NCBI GenBank assembly: GCA_947476185.1 | Contig: CANJPX010000003.1 | Span: forward strand, 8,707 to 72,706 | DNA from: Bacteroidota bacterium | GTDB lineage: Bacteria > Bacteroidota > Bacteroidia > 2-12-FULL-35-15 | Reading direction: 5' to 3' | Length of the DNA: 64,000 nucleotides | Shown: piece after piece, positions 9,340 through 20,000 of the stretch | Numbering within the stretch: the stretch's first letter is position 1 | How the letters are laid out: every line of letters begins with the position of its first letter | Position numbers and translations under genes: made by a program | The notes under the pieces: generated by a model | What the model was told of the DNA's origin: nothing | Database searches by the model: none | The model's input: the letters and a program-made list of their open reading frames with translations, nothing else

Positions 9340-9915
9340 TTATCGGTTGTGATCAAATTCTTTATGCTTCTTAAACTCCAACACAGCTGCTGTCTGGCGT
9401 CTGGTCACATCAATACGTTTTTCTTTTTCAACACCTTCCACTAAAATATCTTTTGCATAGAAAAAAGATCCACGATTGTTTTCAGGTTTAACTGTTCTAT
9501 CGGTCAGGAAAATTGCCTCTTTCGGACAAGCATCTTCACAATCGCCACAGAATATACAGCGTAACATATTTATTTCATATGTTGCAGCATATTTTTCTTC
9601 ACGATACAATTTCTCCTCGCCATTTTTACGCTCAGCAGCAACCATTGTAATTGCTTCAGCAGGACAAGCAACAGCACATAAGCCACAAGCAGTGCACCGT
9701 TCAGCACCATTTTCATCGCGCTTTAAAACATGTTGACCGCGATACGTTCCGCTGAATTCACGTTTTTGTTCAGGGTATTGAATCGTTGGTTTCTTTCTAA
9801 AAAAATGAGACATGGTAATCATCATCCCAGAAATAATAGCAGGCAGATAAATCTTCTCATACAAAGACATTTCTTTGTTAACAACAACTTTCGATCTATT
9901 TGTTAATGGTTGCAT
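9340..9915 (-). CDS. nuoI: NADH-quinone oxidoreductase subunit I (2x[4Fe-4S])
   Basis: Two ferredoxin motifs, CTACGLCAVACP and CIFCGDCEDACP. I chose the start at MQPLTN (ATG at 9915) because the longer ORF reaching 10020 would overlap nuoH by 94 nt. Confidence 0.88.
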   Translation of the reverse strand: MQPLTNRSKVVVNKEMSLYEKIYLPAIISGMMITMSHFFRKKPTIQYPEQKREFSGTYRGQHVLKRDENGAERCTACGLCAVACPAEAITMVAAERKNGEEKLYREEKYAATYEINMLRCIFCGDCEDACPKEAIFLTDRTVKPENNRGSFFYAKDILVEGVEKEKRIDVTRRQTAAVLEFKKHKEFDHNR

Positions 9916-9926
9916 TGTTTTTTTTC

Positions 9927-10976
9927 TTAAAAATTTAAATAAGCCATAATTTCGTGACGCATCATCCATGCGCCTGTCAATACAATATTTAATATTGACA
10001 AAGGGATCAATGCTTTCCAACCTAAATTCATTAATTGATCATATCGGAAACGTGGCAAGGTCCAGCGAACCCACATAAAGAAGAAGATACCGAAAAATAT
10101 TTTTGCAAATAAGAATACGACACCACAAAGCGTCAATAAATTAGGATCGTGAACAAACCGTCCTATGAAAGGCATGTTGTATCCACCAAAATAAAATGTA
10201 GAAATTACTGTCGCTGAAATGAACATATTAATGTATTCTGCAAAAAGATAAAAGCCCATCTTCATGGAACTGTATTCTGTATGGTAACCACCAACCAACT
10301 CTTGCTCACATTCAGGCAAATCGAAAGGAGCGCGGTTTGTTTCAGCGAATGCACAAATAATAAAGATCAAACAACCCAAAGGTTGAACCAACACATTCCA
10401 GTGCCAACCATGTTGTTGCGCTGCAATTTGTCCAACACTTAATGTTCCTGTTGTCATTATCAATGCAATGATAGACAAGCCCATTGCAACCTCGTAGCTG
10501 ATCATTTGAGAGGATGCACGCACAGCACCAAGTAAAGAATATTTATTGTTAGATGCCCAACCACCGATCATGATTCCATAAACGCCAATTGAAACAACAC
10601 CAAATAAATAAAGGATACCAATATTCACATCAGCAATTTGTAATGGAAAATTTTCTCCGAAAAGAGTGATCGTTGTTCCCCATGGAATTACAACACCCGT
10701 CATACAAGCGGTAAGTAAACTCAGTGCAGGCCCGATAATAAATAATGCTTTATTAGAAACGCTAGGAATTGTTTCTTCCTTCATGAACAACTTCACGGCA
10801 TCAGCAACCGGTTGAAGGATCCCAAACCAGCCTGCTCTGTTTGGCCCAAGACGGTCTTGTAAAAAACCCGCTACTTTTCGTTCAGCATACGTGCTGTACA
10901 TTGCTATTAACATTGTAAATGCGAATACCACAAGAACTAATATTAATTTATAAATTATATATGTTTGTAAGGCCAT
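9927..10976 (-). CDS. nuoH: NADH-quinone oxidoreductase subunit H
   Basis: 349 aa, polytopic, with the N-terminal block ERKVAGFLQDRLGPNRAG characteristic of NuoH/ND1. Confidence 0.92.
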   Translation of the reverse strand: MALQTYIIYKLILVLVVFAFTMLIAMYSTYAERKVAGFLQDRLGPNRAGWFGILQPVADAVKLFMKEETIPSVSNKALFIIGPALSLLTACMTGVVIPWGTTITLFGENFPLQIADVNIGILYLFGVVSIGVYGIMIGGWASNNKYSLLGAVRASSQMISYEVAMGLSIIALIMTTGTLSVGQIAAQQHGWHWNVLVQPLGCLIFIICAFAETNRAPFDLPECEQELVGGYHTEYSSMKMGFYLFAEYINMFISATVISTFYFGGYNMPFIGRFVHDPNLLTLCGVVFLFAKIFFGIFFFMWVRWTLPRFRYDQLMNLGWKALIPLSILNIVLTGAWMMRHEIMAYLNF

Positions 10977-10983
10977 AATCTAA

Positions 10984-11958
10984 TTATTTCTTATCGACTA
11001 TTTGTTTTTGTTGTTTTGCAATATCGATCTTCAATTTTGCAACTACATTTTCGTAATGATTTAAAGAGATCACCGAATGACGGTCGATGTGGCGAGGTCC
11101 TTCGATCACCCAATCCTTAATATCTTTTTTGTCAAAACGGCATTCATTACAGATCCATTCTTCTGATTCTCCCCATTTATCTTTTCTGGAAGTGACACGT
11201 AATACCTCGTTTCCTTTTTCCCAAAGAGCAACCTTGCCGGAGCACTTTTTGCAATCACGATGTGCATCCATTGGTTTTGTAAACCATACACGGCTTTTGA
11301 AACGGAATGTTTTATCAGTCAATGCACCAACAGGACAAACATCTATCATGTTGCCGGAAAAATCATTTATAATTGCTTTCTCAATATAAGTGCTGATCTC
11401 AGAGGCGTCTCCACGGAATAACATTCCATGAACTCTGTTATCGGTGATCTGGTCAGCTGTTTTTACGCAACGGAAACACATAATACAACGTGTCATATGC
11501 ATTTTGATGTTCGGACCGATATCGATCATGTTGAATTTTCTTCTCGGAAAATCGTAGCGAGTTTTTGCTGCTCCGTTCTCATATCCAAGATCCTGCAGAT
11601 GGCATTCTCCCGCTTGATCGCAAACAGGGCAATCCAAAGGGTGGTTGATCAATAAAAATTCTACAACACCTCTACGAGCTTCTAATACTTCAGCTGAAGT
11701 ATTATTTTGTACTTCCATTCCGTCCATCACAGTAGTGCGGCAAGAAGGAACAAGTTTTGGCATCGGACGGGGATCTTTTTCAGAACCTTTAGAAACCTTT
11801 ACAATACAGGTACGGCAATAACCACCGCTGGTTTTTAATTTTGAATGATAACACATTGCTGGTGGCACATTGTCTCCGCCAATCATACGTGCAGCTTGCA
11901 AGATGGTTGTTCCATCAGGCACTTCAATGCTTTCTCCGTCTATAGTTACTTTTGCCAT
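10984..11958 (-). CDS. nuoG: NADH-quinone oxidoreductase subunit G, short form (Fe-S domains only)
   Basis: 324 aa. It has N-terminal 2Fe-2S cysteines (CYHSKL..CRTCIVKV), HPLDCPVCDQAGEC (N5-type) and CIMCFRCV..CPVGAL (N4-type). There is no molybdopterin-like C-terminal half. Confidence 0.85.
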   Translation of the reverse strand: MAKVTIDGESIEVPDGTTILQAARMIGGDNVPPAMCYHSKLKTSGGYCRTCIVKVSKGSEKDPRPMPKLVPSCRTTVMDGMEVQNNTSAEVLEARRGVVEFLLINHPLDCPVCDQAGECHLQDLGYENGAAKTRYDFPRRKFNMIDIGPNIKMHMTRCIMCFRCVKTADQITDNRVHGMLFRGDASEISTYIEKAIINDFSGNMIDVCPVGALTDKTFRFKSRVWFTKPMDAHRDCKKCSGKVALWEKGNEVLRVTSRKDKWGESEEWICNECRFDKKDIKDWVIEGPRHIDRHSVISLNHYENVVAKLKIDIAKQQKQIVDKK

Positions 11959-11961
11959 TTC

Positions 11962-13293
11962 TTAACTAACTAATTCCTGTAAATGTTTAAACTCTTTTAT
12001 TCTTTCAGGATGATTGATATATTCTTCAAACTCTGCGCGGAAGTGGCGTATAGCGCTTGCTACCGGCCATGCAGCTGCATCACCTAAAGGACAAATTGTA
12101 TTTCCTTCAATTTTACGTTGTATATCCCAAAGCAGATCTGTATCACCATGTTTACCGTGACCTTCAACAATGCGATGAAGAATTTTTTCCATCCATCCCG
12201 TACCTTCACGGCAAGGCGAACATTGTCCGCAACTTTCGTGATGGTAAAAACGAGCGAATGTATATAGGTTTTTTACGATGCTTGTTGTTTCGTCATACAC
12301 CATGAATCCACCGGAGCCAAGCATTGTTCCTGTAGCAAAACCACCGTCACTTAATGATTCGTAACTCATCAAACGGGGCTCACCTTTTTCTGTTCTCAAA
12401 ATTAATTCAGCAGGAAGAATAGGTACAGAAGAACCACCGGCCACTACTGCTTTCAATTTTTTTCCATTTAAAATTCCTCCGCAATATTCTTCTGAATAAA
12501 TAAAATCTTCAACTGTTATTCCCATTTCAATTTCGTAAACACCGGGTTTGTTGATGTGTCCCGAAGCCGAAATTAATTTTGTTCCAGTGCTTCTTCCAAT
12601 CCCGATCTTAGCATAATCATCACCGCCATTCATTACAATATATGGAACAGATGCGATCGTCTCGACGTTATTTACAACAGTCGGACAACCATATAAACCA
12701 GCAACAGCAGGGAATGGAGGTTTGATACGAGGATTACCACGCTTACCTTCCAATGATTCTAACAATGCAGTTTCTTCACCGCAGATGTATGCACCAGCTC
12801 CAACCTGAACAAAAATATCGTGTGAGAAATTTGTCCCTAATATATTTTTTCCTAATAGTCCTGCTGCATATGCTTCTTCGATAGCTGCTTCAAGAATGCG
12901 GGAAACATAAAAATATTCACCGCGAATATAAATGCAAGATGTTTTTGCACCTAATGCGAAGCTGGAAGTTATCATTCCCTCAAGTAAAATATGAGGGATT
13001 TTTTCCATCAAGTATCTGTCTTTGAAAGTTCCTGGCTCGGATTCATCAGCGTTAACAACTAGATAACGCTCAACACCTTCCGGCTTTGCAAGGAAACTCC
13101 ATTTCATTCCTGTTGGGAAACCTGCACCACCACGACCTCTTAATCCCGACTTTTTCACCTCTTCAACAATCACATCAGGAGCCATTGTTTTTAAAGCCTT
13201 TTCAACAGAGGCGTAGCCGCCATTTTGACGATACACATCCAAAGATTTTATTCCGGGAACGTTAATGTGTTCTAATAATATTTTTTTACCCAT
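11962..13293 (-). CDS. nuoF: NADH-quinone oxidoreductase subunit F (NADH/FMN site)
   Basis: 443 aa with [16 protein letters not shown] (FMN/NADH site) and [12 protein letters not shown] (N3 cluster). Confidence 0.95.
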   Translation of the reverse strand: MGKKILLEHINVPGIKSLDVYRQNGGYASVEKALKTMAPDVIVEEVKKSGLRGRGGAGFPTGMKWSFLAKPEGVERYLVVNADESEPGTFKDRYLMEKIPHILLEGMITSSFALGAKTSCIYIRGEYFYVSRILEAAIEEAYAAGLLGKNILGTNFSHDIFVQVGAGAYICGEETALLESLEGKRGNPRIKPPFPAVAGLYGCPTVVNNVETIASVPYIVMNGGDDYAKIGIGRSTGTKLISASGHINKPGVYEIEMGITVEDFIYSEEYCGGILNGKKLKAVVAGGSSVPILPAELILRTEKGEPRLMSYESLSDGGFATGTMLGSGGFMVYDETTSIVKNLYTFARFYHHESCGQCSPCREGTGWMEKILHRIVEGHGKHGDTDLLWDIQRKIEGNTICPLGDAAAWPVASAIRHFRAEFEEYINHPERIKEFKHLQELVS

Positions 13294-13442
13294 ACCTCTC
13301 CTAAATCCTCTCCAAAGGAGAGGACTTTTGATTTGTTTAAATTAAATGATTCCAGTCCTATTTTCCACTCGGATTTTTTTTATTTGTCAAGTATCTCACC
13401 TATCGCCCCCTCTCTTGTGGAGAGGGGATTAAGGGATGAGGT
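13294..13442. repeat. 149-bp nuoE/nuoF spacer carrying two GC-rich perfect hairpins
   Basis: Hairpin 1: tcctctcc (13306..13313) aaa ggagagga (13317..13324). Hairpin 2: cccctctc (13407..13414) ttgtg gagagggg (13420..13427). The surrounding sequence is AT-rich. Confidence 0.7.
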
Positions 13443-13982
13443 CTATAAAGTGTTTTTAAAATCCTGATCTGTGTAACTTTTTCTTTTTCCTTCAACACGA
13501 TAATTTTCAACAATATTATCTAGTTTATCCAATGTTAAATTTTCGTGGAACGATGCACCACACTGTAGCATTGGTGCGCCACCACAGCTTCCTAAACATT
13601 CCACTGATTTAATAGTGAACATTCCATCTTTCGAAGTTTCGCCAACTTTTATTCCTAATTTTTTCTCAAGATGCTTAATGATATCTTCTGAACCACGCGA
13701 CCAGCATGAAGAGGTGCGGCACACTTCCAAAATACATTTACCGACAGGTTTCAGATTATACATCGAATAAAACGATGCGACTTCAAAAACTTCAACAGGT
13801 TTTATCCTTAGTAAAGAAGCAACATATTCCATTGTTTCCGGACTTAACCATCCATCAAACTCTGCTTGAGCAATATGCAAAACAGGCAACAATGCCGATT
13901 TTTGTTTGCCTTCAGGATACCGCTTGATAATTTTATTTACCAAGGCAATTGTTTCTTCATTAAATTTTATTTCCTTACTCAT
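13443..13982 (-). CDS. nuoE: NADH-quinone oxidoreductase subunit E (2Fe-2S)
   Basis: 179 aa with a thioredoxin-like 2Fe-2S ligand pattern, CRTSSC ... CLGSCGGAP. Confidence 0.92.
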   Translation of the reverse strand: MSKEIKFNEETIALVNKIIKRYPEGKQKSALLPVLHIAQAEFDGWLSPETMEYVASLLRIKPVEVFEVASFYSMYNLKPVGKCILEVCRTSSCWSRGSEDIIKHLEKKLGIKVGETSKDGMFTIKSVECLGSCGGAPMLQCGASFHENLTLDKLDNIVENYRVEGKRKSYTDQDFKNTL

Positions 13983-14014
13983 TTCCAGATTTTCAAATTA
14001 CTACTTTTCAAAGT

Positions 14015-15265
14015 CTATGCATCCAATTCTCCTGCAATCACATTCATACTGCTCATTGTAAGAATTGCATCTGACAAGAAAGCGCCTTTTATCATTTCGG
14101 TATATGCCTGATAATAAATAAAGCATGGTCTGCGAATGTGCATACGGTAAGGAGTTCTTCCTCCATCACTGATAATATAGAAACCAAGCTCACCGTTTCC
14201 ACCTTCAACAGCATGATATATTTCTCCTTTAGGAATATTTATTTCCCCCATCACAATCTTGAAGTGATAGATCAAGGCTTCCATGTTGTTGTATACTTCT
14301 TCTTTCGGAGGAAGGAAAAAATCAGGAACATCTGCATGGAAAATTCCTGCAGGTTCTTTCTTAACTTTTGCAATCGCTTGTTGGATGATACTTAAACTCT
14401 GCCACATTTCTTCTTCACGAACCATGAAACGATCATAGGTATCACCATTTGTACCAACAGGAACAATGAAATCGAATTCTTCGTAAGATGAATAGGGGTT
14501 CATAACACGAACATCATAATCCACACCGGCAGCACGTAAATTTGGTCCGGTGAAACTATATTGTAACGCTTTTTCGGCTGAAATTGGACCACAACCAATA
14601 GTTCGATCCATAAAAATTCGGTTACGTACTAATAGATTTTCAAATTCCTTTAATGCAGCAGGAAGTTCTTTCATGAACACATCCAATATCGCCCAAACTT
14701 TTGGAGAAAAATCGCGTTCGATACCTCCAACACGGCCAATATTAGTTGTTAAGCGAGCACCACAAATTTCTTCGAAAATCTCATAAATTCGTTCACGCAA
14801 TTTGAAAATATAGAAATAAACTGTCAATGCACCTGTATCAACACCAATTACACTGTTACAAATAAGATGATCTGCAATACGCGACAACTCCATAATGATC
14901 ACACGTAGATACTGTGCACGTTTTGGAACTTCAATATTAAATAATTTTTCAACTGCCATGTGCCAACCCATATTGTTGATGGGAGATGAGCAGTAATTCA
15001 AACGATCGGTGAGTGTGGTGATCTGGTAGTAATTTCTGTGTTCAGCAATTTTTTCAAAAGCGCGATGTATATAACCAACTGTTGATTCTGCCTCAACAAT
15101 AATTTCACCATCCATTTTCAAAATGTTTTGAAAAATACCGTGTGTCGCAGGGTGAGTTGGTCCAAGATTAAGTGTAGAATATTCTTTTTCTTCAACCTTA
15201 GCTTCTGCATTAGTGACAGAAGTGTTACCCTTTTTAATTTTATCTATTTTATTTGTACTTGCCAT
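14015..15265 (-). CDS. nuoD: NADH-quinone oxidoreductase subunit D
   Basis: 416 aa with the LNLGPTHPATHG and SRIADHL blocks typical of NuoD/49-kDa subunit. Confidence 0.95.
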   Translation of the reverse strand: MASTNKIDKIKKGNTSVTNAEAKVEEKEYSTLNLGPTHPATHGIFQNILKMDGEIIVEAESTVGYIHRAFEKIAEHRNYYQITTLTDRLNYCSSPINNMGWHMAVEKLFNIEVPKRAQYLRVIIMELSRIADHLICNSVIGVDTGALTVYFYIFKLRERIYEIFEEICGARLTTNIGRVGGIERDFSPKVWAILDVFMKELPAALKEFENLLVRNRIFMDRTIGCGPISAEKALQYSFTGPNLRAAGVDYDVRVMNPYSSYEEFDFIVPVGTNGDTYDRFMVREEEMWQSLSIIQQAIAKVKKEPAGIFHADVPDFFLPPKEEVYNNMEALIYHFKIVMGEINIPKGEIYHAVEGGNGELGFYIISDGGRTPYRMHIRRPCFIYYQAYTEMIKGAFLSDAILTMSSMNVIAGELDA

Positions 15266-15321
15266 TCTTCTATTTTTTTAAACCTTTTTTCTTCTCCTAA
15301 AGAAAGAAGGAAAGGTTTCTT

Positions 15322-15831
15322 CTATCGTCCGAACATTTTATCATCTTTATCTTCGCGTGTTCCATCTTCCAAAGGATATTCTTTTCTCATTGGGTGATAA
15401 CCCAGATCATCCACATTCAAAATGCGTTTTAAATTCGGGTGTCCTTTGAAAACAATTCCGAAGAAATCAAACTCTTGTCTTTCCATCCAGTTTGCTCCTT
15501 TGAAAACAGGGGTGATTGAAGGAACATTTGGGTCGCTGATGCTAAAGAAAACTTTTAATCTGATTCTGTAATTTTTCGTCAGGCTGTGGATCTGATACAT
15601 CACACCAAGCTCCTGCCCTTTATTATCGGGATAATGAAGACCGGCTAATGTAGTAAGAAATTGAAAAGAAAGCTCTTCATCATTGTAAAGGAACTTTACA
15701 ACATCGCAAATGATATCGCGTCTAAGAGTAAAAACAGGGTAATCCACTAATAATTCTGATGAAAGAAGTCCATCGCCAAATTGCGCTTTTAATTTTTCTT
15801 CAACGGTTTTTAGTAATGTTTCTTTGTCCAT
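15322..15831 (-). CDS. nuoC: NADH-quinone oxidoreductase subunit C
   Basis: 169 aa with the ERQEFDFFGIVFKGHPNLKRIL block of NuoC/30-kDa subunit. Confidence 0.92.
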   Translation of the reverse strand: MDKETLLKTVEEKLKAQFGDGLLSSELLVDYPVFTLRRDIICDVVKFLYNDEELSFQFLTTLAGLHYPDNKGQELGVMYQIHSLTKNYRIRLKVFFSISDPNVPSITPVFKGANWMERQEFDFFGIVFKGHPNLKRILNVDDLGYHPMRKEYPLEDGTREDKDDKMFGR

Positions 15832-15838
15832 AATAGTA

Positions 15839-16396
15839 TTATTCCATTCCGTATTTTTCCATCAATGCTTTGTATTCAGGCTGATTTCTTCGTCGTGTAG
15901 TTTCTGATGCTGCAAGTTTTTGAATTTGCATTAACCCATCAATAACCTGTTCGGGACGAGGAGGGCAACCGGGGATATAAACATCTACCGGTATTATTCT
16001 ATCGATTCCTTGTAAAACGCTGTATGTGTCAAATATTCCTCCGCTTGATGCACAGGCTCCCATAGCCAACACCCAACGAGGTTCAGCCATTTGCTGATAC
16101 ACTTGACGAACAACGGGGATCATTTTTTTAGAGATGGTTCCCATCACCATTAAAAGATCAGCCTGACGCGGTGAAAAACTTAAACGCTCAGCACCAAAAC
16201 GACCAAGGTCGTAAGTTGCAGCAGCAGTTGCCATGAATTCAATTCCACAACAAGAAGTTGCAAACGGTAATGGCCATAATGAATTCTTACGCCCTAACCC
16301 AACAGCTTTATCCATGGTGGTTGCAAAAAAACCAGGACCTTCAACTCCATCAGGCGCTTTAACAATATTGATCTTTGATTTTTCTATTTCACTCAT
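15839..16396 (-). CDS. nuoB: NADH-quinone oxidoreductase subunit B (N2 cluster)
   Basis: 185 aa with the cluster N2 ligands [16 protein letters not shown] and GCPPRPE. Confidence 0.95.
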   Translation of the reverse strand: MSEIEKSKINIVKAPDGVEGPGFFATTMDKAVGLGRKNSLWPLPFATSCCGIEFMATAAATYDLGRFGAERLSFSPRQADLLMVMGTISKKMIPVVRQVYQQMAEPRWVLAMGACASSGGIFDTYSVLQGIDRIIPVDVYIPGCPPRPEQVIDGLMQIQKLAASETTRRRNQPEYKALMEKYGME

Positions 16397-16437
16397 CTTA
16401 TAAATATGAATAAACGAATTAAATTTTTTCTATTAGA

Positions 16438-16815
16438 TTACTCCCACTTTAATGCACCCTTTTTAATGATGTAGTAAAACCCTACCAATAAAAGCGCAAC
16501 GAACGTTAACATTTCAACAAATCCTGTTAAGCCTAATGTTTTAAAATTTACAGCCCACGGATACATGAAAATAACTTCGACATCGAACAGCACAAATAAT
16601 ATTGCTACTAAAAAATATTTGATTGAAAACGGAATACGGGCGTTCCCCTGTACTTCGATACCACACTCAAAAGTATCATCTTTGATTTTGGTTGTTCTTT
16701 TTGGTCCTAACCAATGTGTAACAATCAAAAGAGCAACAACAACAGCCAGCGCTACAATAAACATTAAGGCGATTGGGAGGAAATCAAGCGGGGTACTTTG
16801 TACAGTTAACAACAT
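16438..16815 (-). CDS. nuoA: NADH-quinone oxidoreductase subunit A
   Basis: 125 aa with 3 TM segments and the FECGIE block. It is the first gene of the operon. Confidence 0.9.
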   Translation of the reverse strand: MLLTVQSTPLDFLPIALMFIVALAVVVALLIVTHWLGPKRTTKIKDDTFECGIEVQGNARIPFSIKYFLVAILFVLFDVEVIFMYPWAVNFKTLGLTGFVEMLTFVALLLVGFYYIIKKGALKWE

Positions 16816-16883
16816 ATGAAATGTTTTTATTTTCCGACTTCAATTTTAGGTATTTCTTTTTAAAGAAACCAATTTTTACGGGA

Positions 16884-16891
16884 CAAAATTA
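16884..16891 (-). promoter_or_regulatory. candidate Bacteroidota -7 promoter box (TAATTTTG) for the nuo operon
   Basis: Exact TAnnTTTG match on the minus strand, 69 nt upstream of the nuoA ATG and downstream of the preceding terminator. I found no well-spaced -33 TTTG. Confidence 0.35.
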
Positions 16892-16940
16892 ATGTTTTAT
16901 CAATACGAGAATGTACTTTTTACTTATTTATAATGAATCC

Positions 16941-16985
16941 AAAAAAGAAGATGTCCTACATCAGTGTTTGAGGTAGGACATCTTC
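16941..16985 (-). terminator. intrinsic terminator of the 2257-aa gene
   Basis: On the minus strand the stem is GAAGATGTCCTAC (16985..16973) / GTAGGACATCTTC (16959..16947), 13 bp and perfect, followed by TTTTTTGG. It starts 20 nt past the stop codon. Confidence 0.85.
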
Positions 16986-17004
16986 AAAAAAATGATCTTT
17001 GAAA

Positions 17005-20000
17005 TTAATACACGATGATCTTTTTAACTACTTCGTTTTTATCATTCGTTAAAGTGATAGTGTAAACACCTTTTCCATATTCAACAACACTTAATTGTTT
17101 TGAGTATGTTCCACTATAATCTTTCAATTCATCTTTATAAATCGACTGACCAAGTTCATTTGTCAGTTCTAACTTATAGGTTGATTTGACAGGAACATTA
17201 AATGAAATTGTAAAGTGACCATCATTTGGATTTGGGAAGATGCCTAATAAAAATGCATTGTCAGCATCTTGAATTCCAACATTTATGATTACTGTTGGTG
17301 CGGATGCTGCAGAAGAACATGGGCCTGTAGTTACCACCACCGTATACGTTCCGTTAACAGTGAATGTATAGTTTTGAGATGTAGCGCCCACGATAATAAC
17401 ACCATTTAAGTACCACTGATTTCCAGTTGCGGAACTCGATGTTAATGTTGTTCCGGCTTGTGAAATTGTTGGTGTTGCAGGTGTTGGATTAACCACCATT
17501 GTTATTGCAGGACTCGTTACCGATGCAGGACTTACACAAGTGGCATTAGAAGTCAAGATACATGTTACTACATCACCATTATTCAAAGTGGATGAAGTAA
17601 AAGTAGATAATCCCGTTCCGGCATTTACTCCGTTGATCTGCCATTGATAAACGGGCGCTGAACCACCATTCGTAATGGCTGCATCAAATGTAACCGCTTG
17701 TCCGGAACATGTGGGATTTGTTCCTGAACTAATTGAAATGGTGTCCGAAGGAACTAAAATTGGATCTATCACAACAGTGATCGCATTAGATGTTGCGTTT
17801 GGAACACTTGGGCACGTTGCGTTTGAAGTCATGCTACATGTTACAATGTCGCTATTAGCAAGAGAACTTGTTGAATAAACCGTTCCACCAGATCCAACAT
17901 TCAGTCCGTTCACTTGCCATTGGTATGTTGGTGTTGTTCCTCCATTTGTCGGACTAGCTGTAAATGTTACAGATGATCCAACACAAACTGCTCCTCCGGG
18001 ACTATCAATAATACTTACTGATGGAACAACAATAGGATTTACAATCATTGTGATTGCATTAGATGTTGCTGTTGTAGGTGCAGCACATGGTGAACTAGAA
18101 GTTAAGATACATGTTACAATATCTATATTTAATAATGCGGAAGAAGTAAATGTCGTTCCACCTGTTCCTGCGTTGATTCCATTTACTTGCCATTGGAAAG
18201 TAGGTGTTGTTCCACCACCACCGGCTGTAGCCGTAAATGTAACAGAAGTGCCGGCGCATATTGCTCCACTTGGACTAGCACTAATACTATTGGTTGGCAC
18301 AACACTAGCGCTAACGGCAACTACCGTTGTTCCAACCAAACTTGTACAACCAGATACTGTTACAGTTACACTATATGTTCCTGCCATGACAGCAGTAGCC
18401 GTCGGACGAGATGGATCTTCAAGACCAGATGTAAAAGTACTTGGCCCTGTCCAACTATATGTTGCCCCTGCAACTGTATTTGATGTCAATAATATTGTTG
18501 ATCCTAAACATACCGGAGAATTACTTCCTGCTGTAGGCGTTACAGGTATTGGGTTTACAACAACGGTTGTTGTTCCTGGTAAGCTTGTACAACCTCCTGT
18601 TGTAACCGTAACAGAGTAGGTACCTGCCATTGCAACTGTTGCGGCTGGGCGAGTAGCGTTACGTATTGCTGAAGTAAATGCAAGTGGGCCAGTCCAGCTA
18701 TATGTTGCTCCACCAACAGTTGGGGTTGATAAACTAATTGTTGCTCCTGCACAATAAGGACCGGTGTTGGTTGCAGGAGGTGTTGCAGGTAAAGCGTTCA
18801 CTACAACTGCTGTAGTTCCCATTAAACTGGCACAACCACCTGTTGTAACTATAACGGAATACGTCCCAGCCATTGCTACTGTTGAAGAAGGGCGCGTTGG
18901 ATTTTGAAGTGCGGATGTGAATGCACTTGGTCCTGTCCATGAATAAGTAGCGCCTGCAACTGTAGGTGTAGCCAAAGTTATGGTCGCACCTGCGCAATAC
19001 GGACCTGTATTTGTTGCTGTTGGTGTCGCAGGAACCGCATTTACAACAACAGTAGTTGTTCCCGCTAAACTAGTGCAACCTCCTGTTGTAATTGTAATAG
19101 AATATGTTCCAGCCATCGCTAATGTTGATGCCGGGCGAGTCGGATTTTGCAGCGCAGAAGTGAATGCGCTTGGCCCTGTCCAGGCATATGTTGCACCTGC
19201 TACAGTTGGTGTTGCCAAAGAAATTGTTGCACCTGCACAATATGGACCAGTGTTAGTAGCTGTAGGAGTTGCAGGTAATGCATTTACGACAACAGTTGTT
19301 GTTCCCACTAAACTAGTACACCCTGAAGCGTTTGTAATTGTAACACTATATGTTCCAGCCATTGCTAATGTTGAAGAAGGGCGTGTTGGATTTTGAAGAG
19401 CAGATGTGAATGCACTTGGACCTGTCCATGAATAAGTTGCACCTGCAACTGTTGGAGTTGCCAAAGTAATTGTTGCACCAGCACAATAAGGGCCTGTGTT
19501 TGATGCTGCAGGTGTTGCAGGTAATGTATTCACCACAACAGCTGTTGTTCCGGCTAAACTAACACAACCACCGGTGGTCACTGTTACAGAATATGTTCCT
19601 GCCATTGCAAGTGTTGCTGCTGGACGGGTTGGATTTTGAAGTGCTGAAGCAAAAGCGCTTGGACCAGTCCAAGAGAATATTGCACCAGCAACAGTAGGTG
19701 TAGCTAACGTAATAGTTCCACCAACACAATATGGACCGGTATTCGTTGCTGCTGGAGTTGCTGGTATAGCGTTTACAACAACAGTTGTTGTTCCTGCCAA
19801 ACTTGTACAACCTAATACGTTAACAGTGATCGAATATGTTCCTGCCATAGCAAGCGTTGCAGCTGGGCGTGTAGGATTTTGTAGCGCAGAAGTAAAGGTA
19901 CCTGGCCCTGTCCATACGTATGTTGCACCCGCTAAAGTAGGTGTAGCTAAAGTAATTGTTGCACCTGCACAATAAGGACCCGTGTTTGTCGCAGTTGGTG

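Noticed and set aside
9916-10020. N-terminal extension of the nuoI ORF overlapping nuoH by 94 nt. There are similar 5' extensions of nuoJ (9262..9315), the sigma factor (41507..41719, overlapping rnr), the OmpA-like gene (52490..52525) and the 1399-aa gene (36319..36348).
   Set aside because: These are longest-ORF artefacts. Conserved protein N-termini or signal peptides begin at the internal ATGs, and the extensions overlap neighbouring genes or spacers.
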